Shown: positions 22,047 through 32,944 of the stretch, piece after piece | Layout: each line of letters opens with the position of its first letter | Numbering within the stretch: position 1 is the stretch's first letter | DNA from: Curvularia clavata | Lineage: Eukaryota | NCBI GenBank assembly: GCA_023920165.1 | Contig: CP089276.1 | Span: 806,001 to 870,000, forward strand | Direction of reading: 5' to 3' | Length of the DNA stretch: 64,000 nt | Translations under genes and position numbers: made by a program | The notes under the pieces: model-generated | What the model saw: only the letters and a program-made list of their open reading frames with translations | Told to the model about the DNA's origin: nothing | Databases searched by the model: none

Positions 22047-23687
22047 CTATCTGTCCGCAACTCTGTGCAAAGGTTTCGTAATCTTTACGTACTTGCCAGT
22101 CTCGGGAATCGTCTTCGTGACAGCGGATGCAGGCCTTGGATCTTTCTCCCACGGAGACCCATAGGTATCTATACCTCTCCGCCAGTATCGCACTTTTGCG
22201 TCTCCATCAACGCTCACATAGTATTCATGTCCCGCCTCGTCCCGAAAGATCCCATACATACAGCCTTCCACGTAACCTGTCTGGGCACCAACAGATCGCC
22301 TGAATATCTCTTTGATATTGCTTTCTGTATTGTAGACCATTTTTGTGCCGTCCGAGATCTCCAGATGTAACATAGACCCTCCATCTAACCAGCCGACAGA
22401 TTCCACAGAAGCCATACGATTGCCGAAGCTGGGGCCATCGTCTATCCTGAAGTGTTGTAACATCCGACCACCAGAGCCATTGAGGACATCCCATACATAG
22501 GCATCCCTTCCAGCGCAAAGTGCCAATTCTGGCTTGGAGGGATGCCAGTGGAGACATCTGCAGCAATCGAATAGCTGTATGGGAAATGTGGAAAGCTTTC
22601 TTCCGTCAAAAACGTCGCGCACCTGAACGACACGGCCAGACCTTGAGCTCCAGGCTACCATACGTGAATCCGAGGAGAAAGAACCAGTCCACCCCTGTTC
22701 TTCCAAGGTCTTGGTAGCCCACTCAAGCTCACCAGTAGCAACAGAGTACATTCGTAGACTACCATCCAAAGATACAGAAGCAATGTGAGCGCTGTCAGGA
22801 CTGATGGCAGACCAAATGATGGTATCTGTATGTCCAACAAGGCGATGAATTTCACTTCCGGAGTCCAAATCATAGAGTACTACCCGAGGTAACTTCTCTG
22901 GCATGTATGGGCCTTGTGGAGTTGTGACGTTGTTTGAATGATACAAAAGCAGCCTACCGTCGTTGCTGAATGATACTGAGCCATAACTCCCTAGTTGTGC
23001 ATCTTTGATAATAGTGTTGTGGCGCCTGCGATAGTCTACGGCCACTTGACTCAGTGCCTCGGCAAATTTGGCGTGTAGTGCGGACTTGTTGATAAATTCC
23101 ATGGTCCATTCATGGTGTTTCTGAAGTTCAGGGGCAATCGCTTGAATGGCTTTCGTAGAAAGAGCATTAGCGTCGATTGCCTCTTCTATGTCAAGAATTT
23201 GCCCATGCTGGTCTAGTTCCCAGAGCATGAGTTGGTTGGCCTCTGATGCTTTGCTTCGTCCCTCAGCTGGGACAGAACTCATAAGGGTATAGCCACTGGG
23301 ACTTCTACCCCCTTCGTCGAGAGCTTGATCCGTGAGAGCAGTGTTTTTGTTTGCCGTCGCAACCGGTCGAAAAAAGACCTTTCCGGCCCCTTCAAGGACC
23401 TCTTTCAGCTCTCGGGACGCAATGTCGTATACCAAAATGTGGCCCACGATTGTGCTGATGGCTAATAATTTGCGATCAGGGCTAAGGGCAGTGTAGTATG
23501 TTGCATGGACGCTCTTTTCGTTTTCGTCGAGATGAAGTCCGAAATCAAAAATGTTATCTGCTTGCGCCCACTCCTTTGGATGACCGGCCGCCAGTTGGGC
23601 TGGTCCGCTAGTATTTCCGAAGTCATGCTTCGCATCGACAGGAAACACGTAGTCTCTTAAGAAAGCGTCACGCAAAGACAGCGACAT
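22047..23687 (-). CDS. Stand-alone WD40-repeat beta-propeller protein; intronless
   Basis: LSPDRKLLA, FSNDGRLL, LVGHTDTIIWSAISPDSAHIASVSLDGSLRMYS, FSSDSRMVA, LHWHPS..YVWD, DGDAKVRYW. No P-loop seen. Confidence 0.85.
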   Translation of the reverse strand: MSLSLRDAFLRDYVFPVDAKHDFGNTSGPAQLAAGHPKEWAQADNIFDFGLHLDENEKSVHATYYTALSPDRKLLAISTIVGHILVYDIASRELKEVLEGAGKVFFRPVATANKNTALTDQALDEGGRSPSGYTLMSSVPAEGRSKASEANQLMLWELDQHGQILDIEEAIDANALSTKAIQAIAPELQKHHEWTMEFINKSALHAKFAEALSQVAVDYRRRHNTIIKDAQLGSYGSVSFSNDGRLLLYHSNNVTTPQGPYMPEKLPRVVLYDLDSGSEIHRLVGHTDTIIWSAISPDSAHIASVSLDGSLRMYSVATGELEWATKTLEEQGWTGSFSSDSRMVAWSSRSGRVVQVRDVFDGRKLSTFPIQLFDCCRCLHWHPSKPELALCAGRDAYVWDVLNGSGGRMLQHFRIDDGPSFGNRMASVESVGWLDGGSMLHLEISDGTKMVYNTESNIKEIFRRSVGAQTGYVEGCMYGIFRDEAGHEYYVSVDGDAKVRYWRRGIDTYGSPWEKDPRPASAVTKTIPETGKYVKITKPLHRVADR

Positions 23688-24762
23688 GGCGGAGAAAATT
23701 ATGGTTGAGAATTGCGTGTGAGCAAGCGAGTCCAATCGTCTTCACAAAGACGGTTGCCTAATCTTGGGGGTCGCTTCACGGAAAGACGAATGACGTTGGA
23801 TCAAATTAACACCAATCAGCATGCTTTCCACTATGCGAAGCTGAAGCCGCTGACTATTCAAACTGTCGGCACCGCAAATTTGCAATGCTCGCGAACCAAC
23901 TTTGCAGATGAGGCTTAAAAGAAGCGACTGCTTATTGTGAAATGAGAAATATCATGTATGAGTTGAAACGAAACGTCGATCCCACATGCGCTATGCGCCC
24001 GTCTATACTCAACTGGCCTGGAGGACCAAGAGAGAAGAGGATGCAATAGCAGGGCAAGGGCGCCAGATAGACTCATGGCATTGCAAAAACAGACTGGCTA
24101 CAGTGGCAACTGATGCGTGTCTGGCTTGCAAGGCTTTATTCTTGGGCGATGCCTTTGTTCAACAGCTAATCATCGGAAGATGGAGGGACATCCCGAGCTG
24201 CTGAACCCACAAACGAAGTCCGAGGACGGCGAATGTGTAACGCCCGGTGTTCAGTGCAAGACGAAACTGCGGTGTTAGCTTGACAACAGCAGCCATACGA
24301 CCATGGCGTGGCAACGAGCGCGTCATGCGGGTACGCGTCACTCGCGAAAACCAATGGCACATTCTCCAGGCAGGGAGAACATGTCCGATATGTGAACTAT
24401 CACAGAACATGTGTGATGGCCGTGCCTATGGGTAGTAGGATTGATGTTGGCGAGGAAGAGCAAGGCGAGGACGAAGACACAGCTCTCGAGTTCGGGTGCG
24501 GATGGTCTTGGCATGCCAAGACCCAGCCCTGTCAGTAAAAGTGTATTTCAATAATAGCAAGAAAATCAAGGAGCCTAAAGGGGCTGGGATACAGATGTTC
24601 ACGCTGAGGTATCTAGGAATCTCTTGATGTAGATGAAAAAGCACAATTCATTATAAGGAAGTAATAAAAAGTAAAGAGGTGGCGTTGAAAGTTCTGAGTG
24701 CTCGGACAAGGATCCAGCAGCGGAACCACATTCACTACACCAACTCACACACGGCAACCGCG

Positions 24763-26182
24763 ATGATTATGGCGCCATCCAGGGGCCAGGCTATCCACTA
24801 CGCTCAAAAGATGTTCTCGAGACACGTGAGCCAGAATACTAACATGCTCCCGCGTTACCAGAGCCTGCTTTCGCCCCCGTTAGTTAGGCCGTCGAGAATT
24901 TTGCCCAGCCATACGATTTGTCCCCATCTGCGACAAAACACCCTGGCCAGCTTCCAAAAATGTCGCTACTCAACTTTTACCGAAACTCTCGCCAATCCTG
25001 CCAACAAGCTGCAAAGCTATGTCTCTACCAGCAGTGATCCCTATCTTAACCTGTCCATTGAAGACCATATCCTGCGCAAGAGCTCGCCCGACAGTACCGT
25101 TCTCTTCCTGTATGTGAACCGGCCCTGTGTTGTTATTGGACGTAACCAGAACCCGTGGTCTGAAGTCAATCTGGGCATTCTGGACGCTGCTCGCGGGCTA
25201 CTCAATCCCAAGGATAGCGAACCGCCGGGCATTGGCATTGTTGATCTTGTGCGTCGTCGCTCGGGAGGAGGCACTGTATTTCACGATGAGGGAAATCTTA
25301 ACTGGAGCATCACGTGCCCACGTGCCGACTTTACGCGGGACAAGTACGCTGAAATGGTCGTCCGCGCCCTGCGGAAACTGGGTATTGAACGGGCTAGGGT
25401 CAACGAACGGCACGACATCGTTCTTGACCAGGGGAACCAGAGGCTAGCTTCTGACCCCGAAGATACCCATCGCACGCCCTATACCACGCAAGATGGGACT
25501 CCTCGCCCCCTCAAGGTCTCTGGCTCGGCATACAAGCTGACACGGCAGCGAGCTCTTCATCACGCTACTACCCTGTTGAGCTCCCCGAATCTAAACATCA
25601 TACCCCACTATCTACGCTCTCCAGCCAAGAAGTTCATCTTGGCACAGGGCGTCGAGAGTGTCAGTTCACCGGTATCAAACATCGGTTTGGATGTCAAGGC
25701 ATTCCAGAACCGCCTGCAAGACGAGTTTGCTCTTATGTATGCCACACTGGGGTCTCCAAACATATTACAGACTGTTGGTGACGAGTTCCTCAACATTCCA
25801 GATATTCGAAAGGGCTACGAGGAACTCCAGGTACGTCATGGACCCTGCCTCTAGTCATCTCTGATGCTAACAGCCCCAGTCTGAAAAGTGGACATGGTCC
25901 CAAACTCCAACATTCAGCATCATACTAGACCCTAAAGACGACATCGGTATCGAAATCAAGGTACAACACGGTGCAATCAAGAGTCTCGAGTTTGAAAACG
26001 CAAAGCTCTCCGATGAAGCTCGATCGGCCCTTCGCACCTTGCTAGTTGGGTTGGAACTGCAAGACGTTAGGGACTGGACAGGGTTCCTGCAGAATCGCAT
26101 CCGTCCGTGGGATGACCAGGTGGCAGCCATAGCTGAGCGACTTGGCCAGCTCTTGCCGGTGCCTGAGATATGCAAAAATTAA
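24763..26182 (+). CDS. Mitochondrial lipoate-protein ligase A (Aim22/Lip3-like)
   Basis: DPYLNLSIED, VVIGRNQNPW, RRRSGGGTVFHDEGNLN, KVSGSAYK, HHATTL. Intron 25831-25879; stop TAA 26180-26182. Start codon uncertain (24763/24769). Confidence 0.9.
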
Positions 26183-27059
26183 GACTCGATACTCAAAGGA
26201 TCACGCAAGATATTCCGCTCTCTCTCTCGTCATTCAAGTTCAGGATGAGCTGTTGACGATCCCATTTTTTGCTCAATACGTTACTAAAGCTGTTTGAAGA
26301 TCCTATGTACTCGCATCACACTTAGGCCTTTGCTATCTCTGATTGGAATATATCTTGGATATTATGCCTTGCTTCTGTTTATATGTGGCTGAAGCAATGA
26401 TATCGGGGGTCGAGCTCATATTCCTGCGACCCTCCATAGCAGCTGTAGACCCATTGAACAACATGGCAAGAAAGCATTCTGAATGATAACTCCTGACTCA
26501 TCCAGACCCTATTTCTTTTGTTCAATAGGTTTCATGGTGTTTATAAAATATGCGGCCTAATAGAGGTGACTGCAGTATTAAAGAATGAGTGCGGTTCGTT
26601 CTCATTACGTTTACGTCACGGAAAGTATGGCTGTCATCGCTGAGCTCATTACGTATCTGGTCGCTTCCTTTGCATGTAATCGTCTTGAACATGAGTGGAG
26701 CAAGTCTTGTGGCATCTAACGTGGGTCCCAAGTGGGCTCAGAAGCTCACTCACCGAAGCACTTGATTGGGCAGTACTGTGAGGACATATTCATACACTCA
26801 CAAATAGCAGGTCGACATACAAAAAGAGATATAAGTGTCATTGCGGGTCCGCCAGGTAGTGTGGTGGAGCAAACCATTTTCGAGGCGAACTGCCAACAAT
26901 ATTGACAACATACGTGGACACGCTTACAGGTGGATTCTTAGCGAGCACAAACGCTCCCAAATGATTACTCGACGCTGCACTCTTGAGGTCCTCTTCATCC
27001 GAATAGCATATTCAACTTCACAATCCAAAACTCCCAGTCATCATTCAATCATAGTTATA

Positions 27060-27434
27060 ATGGCACATTCGTGCAACTCCTCCTTCTCTACAATGCCGTC
27101 AATACGAACACCTTCTGAGACAAGCAACAACGATGAAGCGGATTATTTTGTCAACTTCGACGGTACTCATGCAACTCACGAAGACGAATTAAGCCGTGGT
27201 GATCCCGAAGATGGACCTTTGGACGCTACACCGATGAACAATAACCCAGATGAGCCGTTGCAGCATATGAATCGTGATCCAGGAGCGGCAGATCTTGAGA
27301 GACAAGACCGGGTTGTGCGGACAACCGCGAACTATTCGAATCCAGTACAGAGAATTTGGGGGTGGCTTAGAAGAATGGTCGGCGCATTCGTGGCCCGCGC
27401 ACTCAATCTAATCCTCCACCGTGAAATTTCCTAA
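27060..27434 (+). CDS. Small hypothetical acidic protein with amphipathic C-terminal helix
   Basis: 124-codon ORF MAHSCNSSFSTMPSIRTPSE...PVQRIWGWLRRMVGAFVARALNLILHREIS; protein-like composition, no recognised domain. Confidence 0.5.
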   Translation: MAHSCNSSFSTMPSIRTPSETSNNDEADYFVNFDGTHATHEDELSRGDPEDGPLDATPMNNNPDEPLQHMNRDPGAADLERQDRVVRTTANYSNPVQRIWGWLRRMVGAFVARALNLILHREIS

Positions 27435-28167
27435 AACTTCAAAAAGCTGCATGCTATTGACGGGAAAATGTTCGGAAACACTCAGCTTCATCATTCCAAG
27501 GTCGAGAACGACCAGCATAGCTATCACAAAGATGTCTGCCCCTCTGGACAAACAGACGGATGATCGTGCAGTATCAACACCAAGGAGATACGCGACATGA
27601 AACAGGTTGCGCGGGCTGATATGTGTCTTCTCAGTGGAAATAGAATGTGCATGTAAGAAATTCTTCTCGCCACAAGCGCTGGCTTTTCAAGACGTGGAGG
27701 TTCCCAAGACATTTAGCTAAGCTGAAGGCTTATCGCACAGCCTCTTCGCTAGTTGATGTTTCAGCCTTCAGCCCCTCCACCAACCGCAGTCGCACAGCCT
27801 AACTTCGTTTCAACCGGTGAACGACTGCTTCCGAAGTTGGGGCAAAAACCTGCATGAATCCATCGATTATATCCTTATGGACCAATCGCGGCGATTGCAA
27901 AACCTCGGCATGTCTTGTTTCGAAACATGGGCGCCTGAGGAAGAGATGTCAGCGGTCTTCGCCGCGTTTCAGGCGAACTGCACAGCTCTGACAGCACAAA
28001 TTCGTTCATCAACATGACTGCCTGCGCCCAATGCCCGCGTGCCACTATATGACTGAAGATGCAGGCCTTGTTCGCAAGAGCAGATATCTCGCTAATGTCT
28101 TTTTCCCATCGTTTGCGCATGAACAAACCTAAATTTCTTTTTCAGTCTCTTGTCAACCCGTGAGATA

Positions 28168-29569
28168 ATGCATGGCTACAGACATCCCAGCGCTGGCTCG
28201 CAATACACATACGACACATCCGATCGTCCTGGAGACGACTCACTGGATAGGATGCAGCCTGGATGGCAACAAATGCAGAATCAGCAACTGCAGTACCAAA
28301 ATTATAACCAAAACTCCACAGGTATTGCTAAGTGTGATCGCCACCAAGGCGCATCCATACTACAGAGGACTAATTGTATACCTAGGCGATCCAAATCAGT
28401 ACCCTGGCCAATGGTCAAGCGCAAACGTCCCAGCTCATCCTTTTCCTCACGCGCAACATCTTTCTGCCTCAAGTTTCTCTTCGGCATCTTCAAGTCTTCG
28501 GTCCTCACAAGCGAGCGGGTTCTCGAACAATTCGCTACGAGACTCAGTTTCGTCAACCGCTTCAGCCTGGTCCGGCACATCTGGCATGCGTCGCGACCAA
28601 CACATTTTACAAACAGAATACCTGCTCAATCAAGGATCTTCAACCCAGTCATCTTATATTTCAAGTCCAGCCGATGAAACTGGGTCATTAACTGCAAAGC
28701 GGCGGCCATCCAGGAAACCAGTTACCCAAGAGAAGGATTACTTCAAGACCTGTGTTTCCGCAAGCAAGCAATCCAGGACATGTAGCAAGGAGCACAAGTA
28801 CTTTTGCACCAGTTGTAGAAGGCCGTTTGTCGAAAAGGCGGACTGGAAGCGACACGAAGAGACATATCAAGAACGCCCGGAAATGTTTGAATGCGATCTT
28901 TGTCCAGCGATTTACTTTCTAGAAAAGGACTTCACCGTACATCACGTCCAGTCGCACCGATGCGCGCCTTGCAGTGGAAACACTAAGTGGAACAAGAAAA
29001 CCCACGTGACTGCTGCAAGAAGCAGACGTGCGACTCGGACCGGCTGGGGCTGTGGGTTCTGCTGCCATTTCAGTTCGGACTGGACAGAAAGATGCAACCA
29101 CCTCGCGTACCACATGGAGAAAGAAGGGAGGACAGACTCGGATTGGATCCACAGTAACGTCATCCATTCACTTCTCCAGCGGCCGGAGATTTACTACGAA
29201 TGGAGGAGGCTAATCCAAGGCATGAATCTCCGCTCGGTTCGCTGTTCGTGGAATCAGCATTCAACTGGGCGCGTCGAGGGATACCCAGACAGCAACCCCA
29301 TCCCACAGCTTCAAGATTGTCTCGAATACTTCACGCGGGGCCAGGATGCCGCCGCGCTGGCTCAGCTGGCATACAGGAAGATGATCCAGCATCCAGACCC
29401 GGCACGACCCGTTGTACCCCCACCAGTGCCTGCCAGACAGCGCCGCCAACAGCCTCTCGAAGGTCTTACAAGGGATACAGAATCTTGGACTCAGTTTATC
29501 AACACAGTAGTCGCAGACGATATTCTACCTCAGGGCGTTTCCCATCTAGATGATTGGTACGCAACTTGA
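28168..29569 (+). CDS. C2H2 zinc-finger protein (putative transcription factor)
   Basis: YFCTSCRRPFVEKADWKRHEETYQ, FECDLC..FTVHHVQSHRC, WGCGFC..CNHLAYHM. Proposed exon 28168-28321 (Q/N-rich), intron 28322-28385. Confidence 0.85.
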
Positions 29570-29813
29570 CCTCATGTCGTCAATGTCTTGTGGAAAGAAA
29601 TGAGATAAAGATGCTTAATGATTAATGATTAATATGATAATAATACAGAGAAGCTCAGCGAAGATGATGAAACTGATTTGAGATTGGTTCACATCCGCCG
29701 CTACGAAAATGTATCAATACTTTATTGGCTTTTCAATAGACCAACACACACATTTACTGCTACAATATGCAGGATTTTCTGCGCTTTTTTTTCTCTTCGG
29801 CCTCATGAAGCCA

Positions 29814-31328
29814 TCACCATCCCTCCAGCTCCTCCACATTCGTCTCCAGACTAGGTGGCTGAACAGGCATACCCATCTTTAGCGCCGCAACAAGCGGATC
29901 CTTGCTCATAAACTCCGTGATCTTCTCCTCGGTACTGACATCTGTCTTGACACGCTGATACGCCATCCTCGATGGCTGATCAATTACGTTCTGGAATTTC
30001 TCTCGTCTGGCGTCGGACCAGGCTTTCAGTAACTTCTCCTCGTTCAAGGCCTGGTTGCCGAGAATGTGGATGAGGATTTTAGAGAGGGAAGCTGCGTCAG
30101 CCATGCCGGATGCAAGACCAAGACCGGCGTAGGGGTTTGTGAGATGTGCGGCATCGCCTATAAGGCAGGTGTGAGAGGAAGGGTGGTAAAGTGTCTGTGC
30201 GAGTCGTTGTTGCGCTTTGTACGGCGCGATTCTGGCGATTTTGTAGGCAATGGCCCCGCTCTTGTCCCTTCCTCGATTTGGAAGCATGGCCTGGAGCTTT
30301 TCGTCTACGCCCTTCATGATTTCTTCTTCTGTCTCATGGATAGGCACGCCGTAGGACACGCGCCATAGAGGAGGTTTGGATTCTGTTGCATGGTTGATGC
30401 GCCCAATCAAGCCATAGCTCTCCGGATCGATGATGAAGTTAGCGTCGTAGAATCCATGAGCGTGGAAGTCAAAGTAGAGGTCTGTGGCTACGAGTTGGGC
30501 GGCGAGGGTTTCGCCTTCCAGTTTGATACCAAGTTCTTTTCGGATAGGAGAGTGGGCTCCGGTTGCATCGATGAGGAATGCGGCTTCTATCCACTCGATT
30601 CCAAAACGCGACGAGGTTGGCGTCGGTGTAGTCTTGACATCGATACTGGTAAGTGATGGTCTCAATCCAGTAACGCTAACACCAAGTTGAATGTCTACTT
30701 TGTCCTCAAAAGCAGCCAGTTTTTTCATCAGCACTTGCTGAAACTTGCCCTGAGGCAGCAGCAACTGCCCTTTGCCCTTCATACCCTCTCCTGAGTTATC
30801 AAACGTTTTTTCTGCAATGATCTTGCTTCCGTTTTTCACACTTGTGCGGAAGCACAATCCAGAGCTCAAATTTCCAGCCTTAATCAGCTCGGGTAACAGG
30901 CCTTCCACTTTTGCCAAAATGGGATACGTCGGCGGCTGGTGCGCCATTGCTCGTGTAGAGTTGGGATCCGGATGCTCGGGTTCGACAACGATGATCTCGT
31001 TGGGTATGTTTGACTGAGCAAGAAGCAGGGCAAGGAAAAGACCAACACAACCGCCTCCTGCTATCACGACTGGAAGATTGCTTGTTGTTCTACGATCCGT
31101 ATAAGGTGTCGCATTCTTGTGGGATGTACTGTTGGTGTAAGAAATGCCATTGCTAGACGTTCCGTTGTTGAGAGAAGTGCCATTGTTGTGCGAGGAGCCA
31201 TTTTGGTAAGATATGCCGCTGAAGTATGGATTGTCATCCGTGTAGGATGTGCCATTACCTTGAGCAATTCCGCTGCCGCCATTGAGTTGAAGCGTAAGGT
31301 TACTCGAAGCGATGTTGGTAGCCGCCAT
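29814..31328 (-). CDS. FAD-dependent monooxygenase (FAD_binding_3, aromatic hydroxylase type)
   Basis: VVIAGGGCVGL Rossmann motif, IDATGAHSPIRK (DG-motif variant), LIGDAAHLTNPYAGLGLASGMADA. Confidence 0.9.
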   Translation of the reverse strand: MAATNIASSNLTLQLNGGSGIAQGNGTSYTDDNPYFSGISYQNGSSHNNGTSLNNGTSSNGISYTNSTSHKNATPYTDRRTTSNLPVVIAGGGCVGLFLALLLAQSNIPNEIIVVEPEHPDPNSTRAMAHQPPTYPILAKVEGLLPELIKAGNLSSGLCFRTSVKNGSKIIAEKTFDNSGEGMKGKGQLLLPQGKFQQVLMKKLAAFEDKVDIQLGVSVTGLRPSLTSIDVKTTPTPTSSRFGIEWIEAAFLIDATGAHSPIRKELGIKLEGETLAAQLVATDLYFDFHAHGFYDANFIIDPESYGLIGRINHATESKPPLWRVSYGVPIHETEEEIMKGVDEKLQAMLPNRGRDKSGAIAYKIARIAPYKAQQRLAQTLYHPSSHTCLIGDAAHLTNPYAGLGLASGMADAASLSKILIHILGNQALNEEKLLKAWSDARREKFQNVIDQPSRMAYQRVKTDVSTEEKITEFMSKDPLVAALKMGMPVQPPSLETNVEELEGW

Positions 31329-32944
31329 TCTTTTCTGGAAGTTACGTCTATCCTTTAGTCTTGAATCTATCTCACGTATCGTGTGCTTTTTTTTCTATGT
31401 ATCAATGAAGCCAAAGAACTCAAACTGAAAACACGAGAGTAACAAGCCAAGATGGGTTTCTGGGCAAAAGGTTGTGGTCACGAACACAATCGGGATCTGC
31501 AATGCATATGTATTCAAGGCTGCATATTCGGACAAAACATTGATGTTCTACACGGCTATGGTGTTGTCATGTTGGTATCTGCCGGAGCGGCCCCAACGCG
31601 GGGAACCGGTCACGGTTGAGCAAAATACTTACATGGCTCAGTCGAGATCGCATCTACCGAGAAAGAAAAAAAGTCTCCAAGAACTCGCTATACCCTTTTT
31701 GGAAAACGACTGCATCAAATGATCGTAGTCAAGTGCATTGATCCAAGGTTACAAAGCAATTGGTCTAATGTTTACCTTGGTTGAAACCTACAAGTGTCTG
31801 GGCTAAGGAAGGATCTTCAGCATAAGGATGCCTCTGAATGTTCAGTGCAACCTTGCAAGATCCTGGGTGCAGCTACCTTTTACTTACGAAGATGTCTCAT
31901 TGCTTCTTTGCCATTTTCTTTAAGTAGGATGTCGCTTCTGAAAAAGCATGTCGATATTTAGCATACTTAAAAACTCAGGCGAGTGTTCAATATATTGTCT
32001 ATGGATATCACTGTCTTGCTTTCCAGATATCTCATAGGCAATATACGCCTTTTTCCTACGACATATTTGCGTCACCACTTTCTATTATTAGATGCTACGC
32101 GCTTTGAAGAGGATTTAGCCTCACAAAGGGTATCAATAGCTTGGTTACTTTTTTGATATTTAGAATGAATGCAGTTCATTTGTAACCCCTTCATCTGCGT
32201 CGTTACATGGCGTGAGCTATCTTATGTAAAAAGGAATTGCCTATAGCCCGACCTATCGAGACGCGGAGAAGAATGGAAAGCTCCAGATCGTCTTTCTGGA
32301 TGAAATGTAGGCTTTACTATAGAGCTCAAGAACTATCCTTCAGGGCTTTTGTGTCTCGTTTCTGACTGATCATCCTTGGGAGTAGTCCTATGCGGAGGAA
32401 GCGAAAGGCAAACGAGGCATAGATGATGGTGGTTGCTGAATAGAAGAGCGTCTTGTAATGCTTCATCTTCTTTCGACGATAGGTAGGTCTTTTGGCTAGG
32501 TGGCTTGTTGCGGCTGAATACAGTTGGTGTCTGTCGACCCCCACGAGCTCATTTGTTTACCCCACAAACGCGCGTACGTCGTCGTCAGTCCTTTGAGCGA
32601 GAGTGCTGGGTAAGCAACAAGGCGATGAAAGGCAGAAACAGGGCGATCTTGCTTTCTCTATTCAGAATAAGATGTTGATGTTGTGATCTTCGGGTCGATC
32701 AGATGAATGAGCATGTGCTAGGCTGGAGAGGGGGAGGTGTTAGGGTGGTGGGTCACTGCGGGAGAAGTGTGGCTGGTAACGTGTGGCTAATGGCGTGTGC
32801 CACACGGCCCGAAACAAACCATAGAACGGGACACGAATTGCCAAGTCAAGACACCCTCGAATGCGCCCTGGTAACGCGGCTTATCTGTCTTTTCCAAAAT
32901 AAATCTTCTCCATGAGGTAGCGATTGCATAACAAGTCTTTCAGC

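Noticed and set aside
24293..24330. CATACGACCAT resembling the 5' end of fungal 5S rRNA
   Set aside because: Similarity stops after about 11 nt; no internal control region or 3' stem.
28168..31328. Transcription factor plus FAD monooxygenase as a secondary-metabolite cluster
   Set aside because: No PKS, NRPS or terpene synthase backbone gene in the window.
32326..32544. Small minus-strand ORF with a hydrophobic stretch
   Set aside because: Non-ATG start, short, no recognisable family.
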